A stretch of DNA of 64,000 nt from a candidate division WOR-3 bacterium (lineage in GTDB: Bacteria > Hydrothermota > Tepidihabitantia > B3-TA06). This document shows, piece by piece, positions 17,952 to 26,608 of the stretch (positions within the stretch are counted from its first letter, which is position 1; each line of letters opens with the position of its first letter). The position numbers and the translations under genes are program-made. The stretch is from the NCBI GenBank assembly GCA_965649265.1, contig CBFGKC010000007.1, forward strand, positions 70,182-134,181, read 5' to 3'. The notes below the pieces were generated by a model. The model had not been told where the DNA came from. It saw nothing but the letters and a program-made list of their open reading frames with translations, and did not search any database.

Positions 17952-20415
17952 AGAAATAGAGGCCAGGTGGCTCAAACGCTGGCAGGAATGCAAGCTTTAC
18001 GATACGCCGAGGGAACCGGGAAAGAAGTTCTACCAGCTCGAGATGTTCGTATACCCTTCGGGGGACATCCACATAGGCCATTTCAGGAATTATACCATAG
18101 GCGATTTCGTGTGGCGCTACAAAAGGATGCAGGGCTTCGATCTCTTTCACCCCTTCGGATTCGACGCGTTCGGCCTGCCTGCCGAGGAGGCCGCCATCAA
18201 ACGCGGCATATCGCCGAGACAATGGACCGAGGCGAACATTGAAACCTCGACGAGAACGCTCAAGGATCTGGGTCTGAGCTACGACTGGACTACGGAAGTG
18301 CGCACCTGCGATCCCGAGTATTACAGGTGGACGCAATGGCTTTTCGTAAAACTCTTCGAGAAAGGCCTTGCCTACCGTGCTAAATCGTTCGTAAACTGGT
18401 GCCCAAAATGCAAAACGGTTCTGGCCAACGAACAGGTCGTCGCAGGACAGTGCTGGCGGTGCGATTCGGTGGTGGAGAAGAAAGAACTCGAGCAGTGGTA
18501 CTTCAAGATTACGGATTATGCGCAGAGGTTACTTGACGGCATTGAGAAACTGGATAAGTGGCCGGAGCCCATCCGGATTATGCAGCGCAACTGGATAGGA
18601 CGCTCAGAGGGCGCCGAGCTAATATTCGAGCTGAAAGAGCGGCCGGACGTCAAGCTGCCTGTGTTCACGACTAGACCGGACACCGTGTACGGCGTGACAT
18701 TCATGGCTATCGCGCCCGAGCACAGGCTTGTCTCGAAGCTGCTGGAGCAGATGCCGAACAAGGAAAAGGTTAAGGCCTACAGGGATAAGGCGCTTGCGAA
18801 GTCGGAGATAGAGCGTCTTGCCGAGGATAGGGAGAAGGACGGCATAGACACAGGGTTGAGGGTCAAAAACCCATTCAGTGGTGACGACGTGCAGCTGTGG
18901 GTCGCCGACTACGTCGTGGCGTCTTATGGAACCGGCATCGTGATGGCCGTTCCCGCTCATGACCAGAGGGATTTCGAGTTCGCAAAAGCATACCACATAA
19001 CGATAAAGGTGGTGATCCAGCCCCCTGACCGCAAACTTGTCGTTGGGGATATGACCGGGGCATACGTGGAGCCTGGTGTGATGGTTTCCTCAGGACCCTT
19101 CGATGGGACCCCCTCCCCCGAGGGTATAAAGAAGGTGGCGGAGTATGCGGCTGAGAAGGGCTTGGGAAAGCCGACGGTTTCATACAGATTGAGAGACTGG
19201 CTCATCTCCCGCCAGCGCTACTGGGGGGCACCCATTCCCATGATCCACTGCCCCAGGTGCGGCATAGTGCCCGTACCCGAAAAGGACCTGCCCGTGCTTC
19301 TGCCGGACGAGTCAAAGGTAGACCTCATACCAAAGGGCCGCTCGCCAATGGAGTCGGTGCCCGAGTTCATGAACACGAAGTGCCCGAAGTGCGGCGCGGA
19401 CGCGAAACGCGACGCGGACACCATGGATACCTTTGTGGATTCGTCGTGGTATCAGCTGAGATATGTGGATCCGAAAAACGGAAAGGAGATATTTTCGAGG
19501 AAGGAAGCGGAAAAATGGCTGCCGGTCGATTTGTACATCGGCGGTGCCGAGCACGCAACCGGACACCTCATTTACTTCAGGTTCTTCACGATGTTCCTGT
19601 ACGACCTCGGGGTCTCGCCCGTCGAAGAGCCCGTGGTAAAGCTCTTCAATCATGGAATGGTTCTCGATTCAAAGGGCGACGTAATGAGCAAATCCAAGGG
19701 CAACGCGGTATCACCCAGAGACCTCATCGAACGCATAGGCGTCGATGCGGCACGAGTTGCCATGTTCTTCTTCGCGCCGCCGGACCGCGAAGTGCTCTGG
19801 TCGGAGTCGAACGTGAAAGGTTCGAGCAGATTTCTGGAGCGCGTTTACGCTGAAGGTATGGCTGCGGCAGAAATAGAGAAAAAATCGATAAATAAGGATG
19901 GGAACGAGGGTGAAATCTACAAAGCTATCGAGAAGACGGTCAAGCAGGTCACCGAGGATGCGGCCGAGATGAGTTACAACACCGCGGTCGCGCGTATGAT
20001 GGAGTTCATGAACCTTTACTCGAATTCGACGGCAAAGGAGACCCCAACCGCACGGTACGCCATGGAAAAGCTCGTGCTGATACTGGCGCCCTTCGCACCC
20101 TTCATTGCAGAGGAGCTGTGGGAGGCGTTCGGGCATAAGGAAAGCGTCTTCCTCTCCAAATGGCCCGGATACGATAAGACGGCGGTCGTCGAGGAAATGA
20201 TAACAATCCCGATTCAGGTCAATGGAAAACTACGAGCGAGAATGGAAGCGGCTAAGGATACACCTGAGCAGACAGTTGTAAAACAATCCGGGTACTTTGT
20301 CGAATCTTATCTTGAAGGTAAAAGCTATAGATACATCTATGTTCCGAACCGATTAATTAATTATATAGTCGGTGAGACCCTACCACCAGATTCTTCTGCC
20401 AAGAAAAAAGACTAA
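17935..20415 (+). CDS. leuS: leucine--tRNA ligase
   Basis: Class I aaRS HIGH motif (GDIHIGH), KMSKS (VMSKSKGN) and a CP1 editing domain; 827 aa from the ATG at 17935 with a GAGGAT RBS. Confidence 0.9.
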   Translation: MKYSFKEIEARWLKRWQECKLYDTPREPGKKFYQLEMFVYPSGDIHIGHFRNYTIGDFVWRYKRMQGFDLFHPFGFDAFGLPAEEAAIKRGISPRQWTEANIETSTRTLKDLGLSYDWTTEVRTCDPEYYRWTQWLFVKLFEKGLAYRAKSFVNWCPKCKTVLANEQVVAGQCWRCDSVVEKKELEQWYFKITDYAQRLLDGIEKLDKWPEPIRIMQRNWIGRSEGAELIFELKERPDVKLPVFTTRPDTVYGVTFMAIAPEHRLVSKLLEQMPNKEKVKAYRDKALAKSEIERLAEDREKDGIDTGLRVKNPFSGDDVQLWVADYVVASYGTGIVMAVPAHDQRDFEFAKAYHITIKVVIQPPDRKLVVGDMTGAYVEPGVMVSSGPFDGTPSPEGIKKVAEYAAEKGLGKPTVSYRLRDWLISRQRYWGAPIPMIHCPRCGIVPVPEKDLPVLLPDESKVDLIPKGRSPMESVPEFMNTKCPKCGADAKRDADTMDTFVDSSWYQLRYVDPKNGKEIFSRKEAEKWLPVDLYIGGAEHATGHLIYFRFFTMFLYDLGVSPVEEPVVKLFNHGMVLDSKGDVMSKSKGNAVSPRDLIERIGVDAARVAMFFFAPPDREVLWSESNVKGSSRFLERVYAEGMAAAEIEKKSINKDGNEGEIYKAIEKTVKQVTEDAAEMSYNTAVARMMEFMNLYSNSTAKETPTARYAMEKLVLILAPFAPFIAEELWEAFGHKESVFLSKWPGYDKTAVVEEMITIPIQVNGKLRARMEAAKDTPEQTVVKQSGYFVESYLEGKSYRYIYVPNRLINYIVGETLPPDSSAKKKD

Positions 20416-20437
20416 CACTTCAAACTAACTTACTACC

Positions 20438-20473
20438 GGGGTCCCCGAACGAATGCGAAGCAGTCGTTTGGGG
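20438..20473 (+). repeat. hairpin element copy C (ggggt-CCCCGAACGA-atgcgaagcag-TCGTTTGGGG)
   Basis: Same architecture as the hairpins at 23295..23330 and 25610..25644; three stem positions differ in a compensatory way. Confidence 0.6.
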
Positions 20474-20697
20474 TGAACTTGAGGCAGTAAAGCAGTACCT
20501 TACCGGAAAGCCTAAGAAGATTGTTTTTGTACCCGGCAGACTCCTCAACTTTGTCATCTGACCCCCGGGATCCCCACATGCATGTGAGGCAGACGTATGC
20601 GGAAAATACACTCGCCTTTGTACCTTGCAACCCGCTCATTAGGCTGCACCGGGACCAAATCAAACAAGAAAGTCAATCTAAGGAGCACGTTTGCGGC

Positions 20698-20725
20698 TTG
20701 ACATATTGAAAGTTCAAGCTAAACT
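20698..20725 (+). promoter_or_regulatory. sigma70-like promoter (TTGACA-16-TAAACT); leaderless start at 20732
   Basis: Read from sequence. Confidence 0.45.
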
Positions 20726-20731
20726 CAAGAC

Positions 20732-21649
20732 ATGAAAAGCATCCTTGCATTTACACTACTTATAGCAGGAGCGCTTACTGCCCTGGAGGTGGGTGAAACC
20801 GGTCTGAACCATTTAAGGATTCAGCCCTCGGCCCGCAGTCAGGGAATGGGTGGTATCTCGCTTGGGTTGGCGGATAACCCACAAGCGTTCTTTGGAAACC
20901 CGGCAGGGCTTTCCCTGAGGGAAAGTCCCTTATTGACAGCAAACTACATGCCGTATCCAGCAGGCATACACGTCGGTTCCTTCTCGTTCCAGCCCAAAAG
21001 CATGGGAGTCTTCCGCTTCTCTGCCGACGCCTTTTATTTGAATTCGGGAACAATGACACGCACGAGCCCGACGAACGAGGAACTCGGAACCTTTGGATAC
21101 CAGGTGATAAACCTCGGCGGAGCCGCGGCATATTCGATAATCGAAAACCTCAGCGTGGGCGGAAACCTCAAGCTCCACCTTGCAACCGCGGACTCCAACA
21201 TGCAGATTGCCGCGGGAGTGGACATCGGAGCCATGTACTCGAATCTTGTCCCCGGACTCAATATCGGACTTGTCGTACAGAACGTGGCATATGAAATAAA
21301 ACCGTTCGTCGAGGAACGCTCCGCGATGCCGGTAGGAATCGGAGGTGGAATCAGTTATTCCGGATTAAAGAAGCTTTTGGTCGGCTTGGATGTCTCCAAG
21401 CCGCTCGACGCGCCCTTGATAGTACGTGGCGGCGTTGAGTTCACACCTGTTGAGTTCCTTGCACTGCGTGCCGGGTATTCCTCCGAAGGCTCGGCCTGGA
21501 AGACCGGGGCCACTGGTGCAGACATTCTGGCAGGCTTCTCGCTTGGAATAGGTTTAGGGAACCTGGCCGGCGTCTCGCTCGATTACGCGATCACGCCCGC
21601 AATAGACCTGGGGTTGTTTCATCGAATCTCGCTCGCATACAGCTTCTAG
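20732..21649 (+). CDS. outer-membrane beta-barrel protein (possibly PorP/PorQ/FadL-like)
   Basis: Signal peptide MKSILAFTLLIAGALTA; 305 aa; C-terminal ...ISLAYSF. Confidence 0.35.
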   Translation: MKSILAFTLLIAGALTALEVGETGLNHLRIQPSARSQGMGGISLGLADNPQAFFGNPAGLSLRESPLLTANYMPYPAGIHVGSFSFQPKSMGVFRFSADAFYLNSGTMTRTSPTNEELGTFGYQVINLGGAAAYSIIENLSVGGNLKLHLATADSNMQIAAGVDIGAMYSNLVPGLNIGLVVQNVAYEIKPFVEERSAMPVGIGGGISYSGLKKLLVGLDVSKPLDAPLIVRGGVEFTPVEFLALRAGYSSEGSAWKTGATGADILAGFSLGIGLGNLAGVSLDYAITPAIDLGLFHRISLAYSF

Positions 21650-22591
21650 ATGAAGAAAAAATTCATAGAAGACCTCCATCCCGGCGACGACGTGGAGGAG
21701 GTCTTCTACGTTCTCGAGAGGGAGACAAGACGAACCAGGGAAGGCAAGGATTTCGTCGTCTTCCAACTGGCTGACAGATCAGGTTCAATAAAGGCGCTCT
21801 TTTTTGAACCCGGCTCAAAGATGATGCCTCCCAAAGGAACCTACGTAAGGGTCCGGGCAAGGCTTACGGAGTACAACGGCAAGTTGAATTTGAAGATCGA
21901 CGACCTCTGGCCGGAGAAGGAGACTAACGTCGACTATTCAGACTTTCTTCCCAAATCATCGAGAGACATTGAAGCCTGCTATAAAAAACTCCAGGACGCC
22001 GTGAAAGGACTGAAGGAACCTCTTCGGGCGCTGCTTTCCGCACTATACGATAACGCGGCGTTCGCCCGTCAGTACAAGCTTGCGCCTGCAGGTGTAAGAG
22101 CCCATCACGCATACATCGGTGGATTGTGCGTACATACCCACGACATGCTTGCGCTTGCAGAGCTTGTAACGACCAACGACCCTGATGTGGATGCTGATCT
22201 CGTCATCGCAGGAGTGCTCCTTCACGATATAGGAAAAATCAGTGAATACGAATATTCAAAAAGCATCGACAACACGGACGAGGGAAAACTGCTCGGCCAC
22301 ATTGCGATAGGCATCCGGATGCTCGAGCGAGAAATTGAAAAAATTCCCGACTTCCCTGAGAAACTCGCATGGAAGCTCCTGCACATAATACTTAGCCACC
22401 ACGGTCTCAGGGAATATGGCTCGCCGAAGCCGCCCATGTTCGTCGAAGCGCAAATAGTGCACCAGATAGACAATCTCGACTCCAAGAGGGCCATGTACCG
22501 GGAGATCGCCGAAAAGCACGATGAAGGCGACTGGAGCGAATACCATCCCTATCTGGAACACGACATCTACCTCGACCGCTCCGGCGAGTGA
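21650..22591 (+). CDS. yhaM: OB-fold plus HD-domain 3'-5' exoribonuclease (YhaM-like)
   Basis: N-terminal OB-fold-like segment, HD-domain motifs (HHAYIGGLCVHT...LLHDIGK), 313 aa. Confidence 0.5.
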   Translation: MKKKFIEDLHPGDDVEEVFYVLERETRRTREGKDFVVFQLADRSGSIKALFFEPGSKMMPPKGTYVRVRARLTEYNGKLNLKIDDLWPEKETNVDYSDFLPKSSRDIEACYKKLQDAVKGLKEPLRALLSALYDNAAFARQYKLAPAGVRAHHAYIGGLCVHTHDMLALAELVTTNDPDVDADLVIAGVLLHDIGKISEYEYSKSIDNTDEGKLLGHIAIGIRMLEREIEKIPDFPEKLAWKLLHIILSHHGLREYGSPKPPMFVEAQIVHQIDNLDSKRAMYREIAEKHDEGDWSEYHPYLEHDIYLDRSGE

Positions 22592-23232
22592 ATGCCCGGC
22601 TCGTTGAATTTTTTAAATGCAGAGGTATAGACCTCACCGTTGAACAGACCAGGCTTCTGGATGAATATAAGCGTTTGCTTATAGAGTCTTCCGCGAGAAC
22701 CAATCTCCTCTCATCGGGTGATCTGGAAAAAATCGAAGAAACCCATTTTGCAGATTCGATTGCCGCAGAATCCTTCATTCCCCACGGCGCACGAGTAGCG
22801 GACTGGGGTTCGGGGGCAGGCCTGCCGGGGATACCGCTCGCGATTACGAAACCCGATATCCACATGACACTAGTGGAATCGAGGCAGGCAAAAGCCGGAT
22901 TCCTCTTGAAAGCGATAAAGGAACTCGGACTCGTAAACACGCGGGTCTTTCCCGCTGACGGCGCGACACTCAAGGAGCGTTTCGATATCGTGACCGTCAG
23001 GGCAGTAGGAACTATAAAAAAAATTCTCCCTATTCTTCTAAAAAAACTTGCAGAAGGAGGAGGGTTACTTCTCTATAAAGGACCTGGTCTGGATAAGGAA
23101 ATAAAAGAAGCTTCTGCGATTATTGAACGTTCAGGATTGAGAACACGGATCGAGGAAGTCACGCTGCCATCCGGCAGAACAAGCCGCCACCTCCTCCTCT
23201 CCCCCCGTAACACCCCCGTAACACACCCGTAA
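22588..23232 (+). CDS. rsmG: 16S rRNA (guanine527-N7)-methyltransferase RsmG
   Basis: DWGSGAGLPGIPLAI SAM-binding motif and GidB-like length. The C-terminal ~10 codons (SPRNTPVTHP) are read through GTAACAC repeat units. Confidence 0.65.
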   Translation: MNARLVEFFKCRGIDLTVEQTRLLDEYKRLLIESSARTNLLSSGDLEKIEETHFADSIAAESFIPHGARVADWGSGAGLPGIPLAITKPDIHMTLVESRQAKAGFLLKAIKELGLVNTRVFPADGATLKERFDIVTVRAVGTIKKILPILLKKLAEGGGLLLYKGPGLDKEIKEASAIIERSGLRTRIEEVTLPSGRTSRHLLLSPRNTPVTHP

Positions 23233-23352
23233 CACACCGCCGTAACACACCGCCCACACCTCCATCAATGACACGCCATCAGTACATTCCTCAAGGGGTC
23301 CCCGAAAAGGTACGAAGTAACTTTTTGGGGTAAATTAGTAACACACCACCTC
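23201..23352. repeat. dispersed repeat element copy A: CCCGTAACAC(A) tandem units, then a ~110-bp conserved block containing a hairpin
   Basis: About 110 bp near-identical to 25520..25667 (ccgtaacacaccgcccacacctccatcaatgacacgccat...ggggtccccgaaaaggtacgaagtaactttttggggtaaattagtaacacaccacctcc). Confidence 0.8.
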
Positions 23353-23503
23353 CCTCATTAATTGTGGATGGAAAGATGTTATCAGGAATGTCTCGGTGTG
23401 AGACCGGTGTCAAGGTGTTGCTGAGGAGGGCCCGTAACACACACATCTGCAACCAAGAGATTTTCTCAGTATGTGAAAATGACACCGAGAAGTCTCTGCT
23501 AGG

Positions 23504-23543
23504 TCTCTGAGGGGGCTCTGAGGGGGGCTCTGAGGAGGGCTCC
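23504..23543. repeat. tandem 12/13-nt repeat (gggggctctgag) x3
   Basis: Read directly: tctctgagggggctctgaggggggctctgaggagggctcc. Confidence 0.7.
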
Positions 23544-23657
23544 GTAACACACCATACCTCCCCCCGCCGATTGTAATTTGAATTGGACTTTTCAAATTTC
23601 TCGTTTCGCGAAATCGAAACATTGGAGACCTCCAGGGAACGAAATACCTTTTATGGT

Positions 23658-23683
23658 AAAAAAAAGGCCGGGGTATCCCGGCC
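23658..23683 (-). terminator. rho-independent terminator of the PASTA lipoprotein gene
   Basis: GGCCGGG-gtat-CCCGGCC hairpin with an 8-A run on the plus strand, which is a U-run on the minus transcript. Confidence 0.65.
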
Positions 23684-23705
23684 TTAATTATCTTTTCTTA
23701 TGGTC

Positions 23706-24395
23706 TTAGTCGAGAACGCTCGCGATGTAAACGGTAACTGCCGAACCCTTGGGAACAATGCTGCCCTCTTTGGGGGTCTGGTAGTACAGTGTGCCCTCGT
23801 AGTATTCGGTGCTGACGCGGTAGACGAATTTCGCCTCAAGCCCGGCCTCTTTTATCTTGGCCTCGGCATTCGCTTTGCTCATGCCTGTAACCCTGGGAAC
23901 CTCGACGGTCTTCACGGGTTCCGAACCCATGCTTACCTGCACCTTGACGTAGGTGTCTTTGTCAACTTTGGTTCCGGGTGCGGGATCAACTGAGATGACC
24001 AGGTCCTTGGCCACCGCATCGGAATACACGAACTCCACATTGGAATAAAGCCCTAACTCAGCCAGCTTACGGAGCACGTCGTTGAGGTTCGCATTATCCA
24101 TGCGTGGAATCTCAACCTTATCGGGACCGGTCGAGATCCAAACCTTAACGGTTGAACCGCGCTTGACGTCGGAGAGAGCAAGAGGGTCCTGCTTGCAGAT
24201 GAGTCCTTCACTTACATCGTTGGAAGGTATCTTATCCACTACATAGATCAAAAGATTCCTCTTCTCAAGAGACATCTTTGCATTCTCAATCGTCGATTTT
24301 GTTAGGTCGGGAATTTCTACGTTCCCGATGCATCCTGTTAAGGCAACAGTGAAAACGCCCAGCGCAACAGCCAGAACGATCGCACTCTTCTTCAT
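23706..24395 (-). CDS. lipoprotein with three PASTA domains
   Basis: Lipobox (VALTGC); three repeats of about 65 aa with the PASTA-like pattern (VP(D/R)...G......A...L...GL...). Confidence 0.55.
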   Translation of the reverse strand: MKKSAIVLAVALGVFTVALTGCIGNVEIPDLTKSTIENAKMSLEKRNLLIYVVDKIPSNDVSEGLICKQDPLALSDVKRGSTVKVWISTGPDKVEIPRMDNANLNDVLRKLAELGLYSNVEFVYSDAVAKDLVISVDPAPGTKVDKDTYVKVQVSMGSEPVKTVEVPRVTGMSKANAEAKIKEAGLEAKFVYRVSTEYYEGTLYYQTPKEGSIVPKGSAVTVYIASVLD

Positions 24396-24564
24396 AAGGT
24401 TCCTCCTTTACCTAAGCGGATTTTTTCCTTATGTTGTAAATTTTACTCAGTTAATGCTTTAATGTCAAGGGGTTACTTTACCGCAGACTCTTTTTTTCAT
24501 AATTAATAGAAAACAATAGAAAGAATCTGCATCTGGAAAAAGTCAGATTGAATTTGGCCTGCTT

Positions 24565-25485
24565 TCAGATGTAGCGAAGCATCTCGTCGAGAGCGTGTTT
24601 CGCCTTTGAGGCGATTTCAGGAGAAACCTCGACCACGTATTGATTCTTTTCGAGGGATGCGAGTACGTGCTCGAGTCTTATCTTCTTCATGTTCTCGCAC
24701 ACCTTTGGCGCGCCCAACGAGTAGAACTCCTTTTGAGGATTCTCCTTCTTGAGCCGGTAGATTAGACCCTCCTCGGTACCTACTATGAAGCGCTTACGAT
24801 CGGACACTTTGGCGAGTTTTACCATGCCGTTCGTGGAGCAAACCTCGTCGGCAAGGTCGACTATTTCAGGATCAATCTCTGGATGGACCATGAGAAGTGC
24901 GTCCGGATACCGCTCGCGAGAAGCTTTTACCTCCTCAACCCTGAATCTGCGGTGAACGGGACAGAACCCTGCCCATGCAATGATGTGTTTTTTGGTATGC
25001 CGCTGGACCCATGAAGCGAGATTGCAGTCGGGTACGAAGATAATCTCATCGGCATCTACTCCCTCCACCACCTTGAGTGCGTTGGAGGACGTGCAGCAGA
25101 CGTCCACCTCTGCCTTGACGTCGGCGTTCGTATTCACGTAGGCGATGACCTTTGCCTTCGGATGTTCTTGTTTGAGCTTACGTAGACCTTCGACGTCAAC
25201 CATATCGGCCATCGGACAGCCCGCATCGGGCCGTGGATGAAGAACCGTCTTGGAAGGTGCGAGTATCTTCGCCGTTTCGGCCATGAAACGCACCCCGCAG
25301 AAAACGATTACGGATGCATCGGTCTCGGCCGACTTACGAGCGAGGTCGAGCGAATCACCCAGAATATCTGCAATCTCCTGAATCTCGGAAAGCTGGTAGT
25401 TGTGCACGAGAATGATGGCGCCCTTCCCCTTTGCAAGCCGCCTGATCTGGGCACTGATCTCTTGAGCGTTCTTTTCGGTAGTCAT
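24565..25485 (-). CDS. nadA: quinolinate synthase
   Basis: 306 aa; NadA-like three-repeat organisation with conserved Cys (CGVRFMAE, ...DCNLASW...CPVH). Confidence 0.7.
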   Translation of the reverse strand: MTTEKNAQEISAQIRRLAKGKGAIILVHNYQLSEIQEIADILGDSLDLARKSAETDASVIVFCGVRFMAETAKILAPSKTVLHPRPDAGCPMADMVDVEGLRKLKQEHPKAKVIAYVNTNADVKAEVDVCCTSSNALKVVEGVDADEIIFVPDCNLASWVQRHTKKHIIAWAGFCPVHRRFRVEEVKASRERYPDALLMVHPEIDPEIVDLADEVCSTNGMVKLAKVSDRKRFIVGTEEGLIYRLKKENPQKEFYSLGAPKVCENMKKIRLEHVLASLEKNQYVVEVSPEIASKAKHALDEMLRYI

Positions 25486-25519
25486 GACGTAATCATAAAG
25501 CCCACAGCATAAGTGTCAA

Positions 25520-25667
25520 CCCGTAACACACCCCGTAACACACCCGTAACACACCCGTAACACACCGCCCACACCTCCATCAATGACACGCCATAAGTAC
25601 CTTCTTCAAGGGTCCCCGAAAAGGTACGAAGTAGCTTTTTGGGGTAAATTAGTAACACACCACCTCC
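25520..25667. repeat. dispersed repeat element copy B (CCCGTAACACA x4 plus conserved block with hairpin 25610..25644)
   Basis: Near-identical to 23201..23352. Confidence 0.8.
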
Positions 25668-25729
25668 TGACGCAAGACCTCCTCCCCCCTCTCCTTCCCC
25701 TCCCGATATAACATAATAAGTTATCCCCA

Positions 25730-25758
25730 TTGACACGACATGTTTTGCATGGTATATT
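25730..25758 (+). promoter_or_regulatory. sigma70-like promoter (TTGACA-17-TATATT); leaderless start at 25764
   Basis: The track's ATG at 25740 falls in the promoter spacer; ATG 25764 lies 5 nt after the -10 element. Confidence 0.5.
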
Positions 25759-25763
25759 ATTCT

Positions 25764-26501
25764 ATGAAGGATAAGGAAAACCGCTTATACGGAGACCTTG
25801 CCTGGATTTGGCCCATATGGGGCAGCGTCGAACACTACAGACCCGAGAGCGAGGACGCGGTAAGGATGATAAGGGAGTTTTCTCGGATAGAGCCGAAGAC
25901 CATTCTCGACATCACCTGCGGCGCAGGAAAGAACGACTTCACGCTCAAGAAATACTTTAAGGTAACGGGTCTGGATTTGAGCGAAGAGATGCTCGAAAAC
26001 GCCCGGAAGTTGAACCCGGAATGCGAATACGTGCAGGGCGACATGCGGGATTTCGATCTCGAAAAGGAATTCGACGCCGTATACATCAATGACGGCGTCG
26101 TATATATTACGACCGCAGAGGATCTTGCTAAAACCTTTGCCTGCGCGGCCGGACACCTGAAACCGGGGGGCGTTATGATTACGATAGCGGAGAAGTTCAA
26201 AGGCAACTTCAAGCAGAATGAGACCAAGGTTTTTAATTCAGAAAGCGATGAGCCCCGAATAATATATATAGAGAACAATTACGACCCTGACCCTGAAGAT
26301 ACGGCCTACGAGACGACTTTCGTTTACATGATAAGGGATGGAGGGAAGATGAGAATCGAACACGACTTTCATACCTGCGGCATCTTCCCTATTGAGACAT
26401 GGCGCGAGAAGCTGGCCGAGGCTGGATTCGAGGTCTCAGAAAGGGACGAGATTTACGAGGGCGAAAGCTACAGGACGTTCATCTGCGTGAAGCCGCTATA
26501 G
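25764..26501 (+). CDS. class I SAM-dependent methyltransferase
   Basis: ILDITCGAGKN motif I and ...VYINDGVVYI... motif. Confidence 0.55.
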   Translation: MKDKENRLYGDLAWIWPIWGSVEHYRPESEDAVRMIREFSRIEPKTILDITCGAGKNDFTLKKYFKVTGLDLSEEMLENARKLNPECEYVQGDMRDFDLEKEFDAVYINDGVVYITTAEDLAKTFACAAGHLKPGGVMITIAEKFKGNFKQNETKVFNSESDEPRIIYIENNYDPDPEDTAYETTFVYMIRDGGKMRIEHDFHTCGIFPIETWREKLAEAGFEVSERDEIYEGESYRTFICVKPL

Positions 26502-26608
26502 GATTTTGCATTATCTTGAAAGGTCAGCGACTATCCTGCCCTTGACCTCGCGGCATATGAACCTACAATTATGGAAGAATTCGCTTTCAAAGGATCAAGG
26601 AGACAAGT

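Noticed and set aside
23201-25570. The tandem CCCGTAACACA arrays could be CRISPR arrays
   Set aside because: The units are contiguous with no spacers, only 9-11 nt long, and no cas genes are nearby. They are simple tandem repeats.
23291-25736. ORFs 23291..23485 and 25482..25736 share the peptide GGGVLLIYPKKLLRTFSGT
   Set aside because: Both read across the dispersed repeat core. The similarity is a by-product of the repeated DNA. There is no RBS or coding-like composition.
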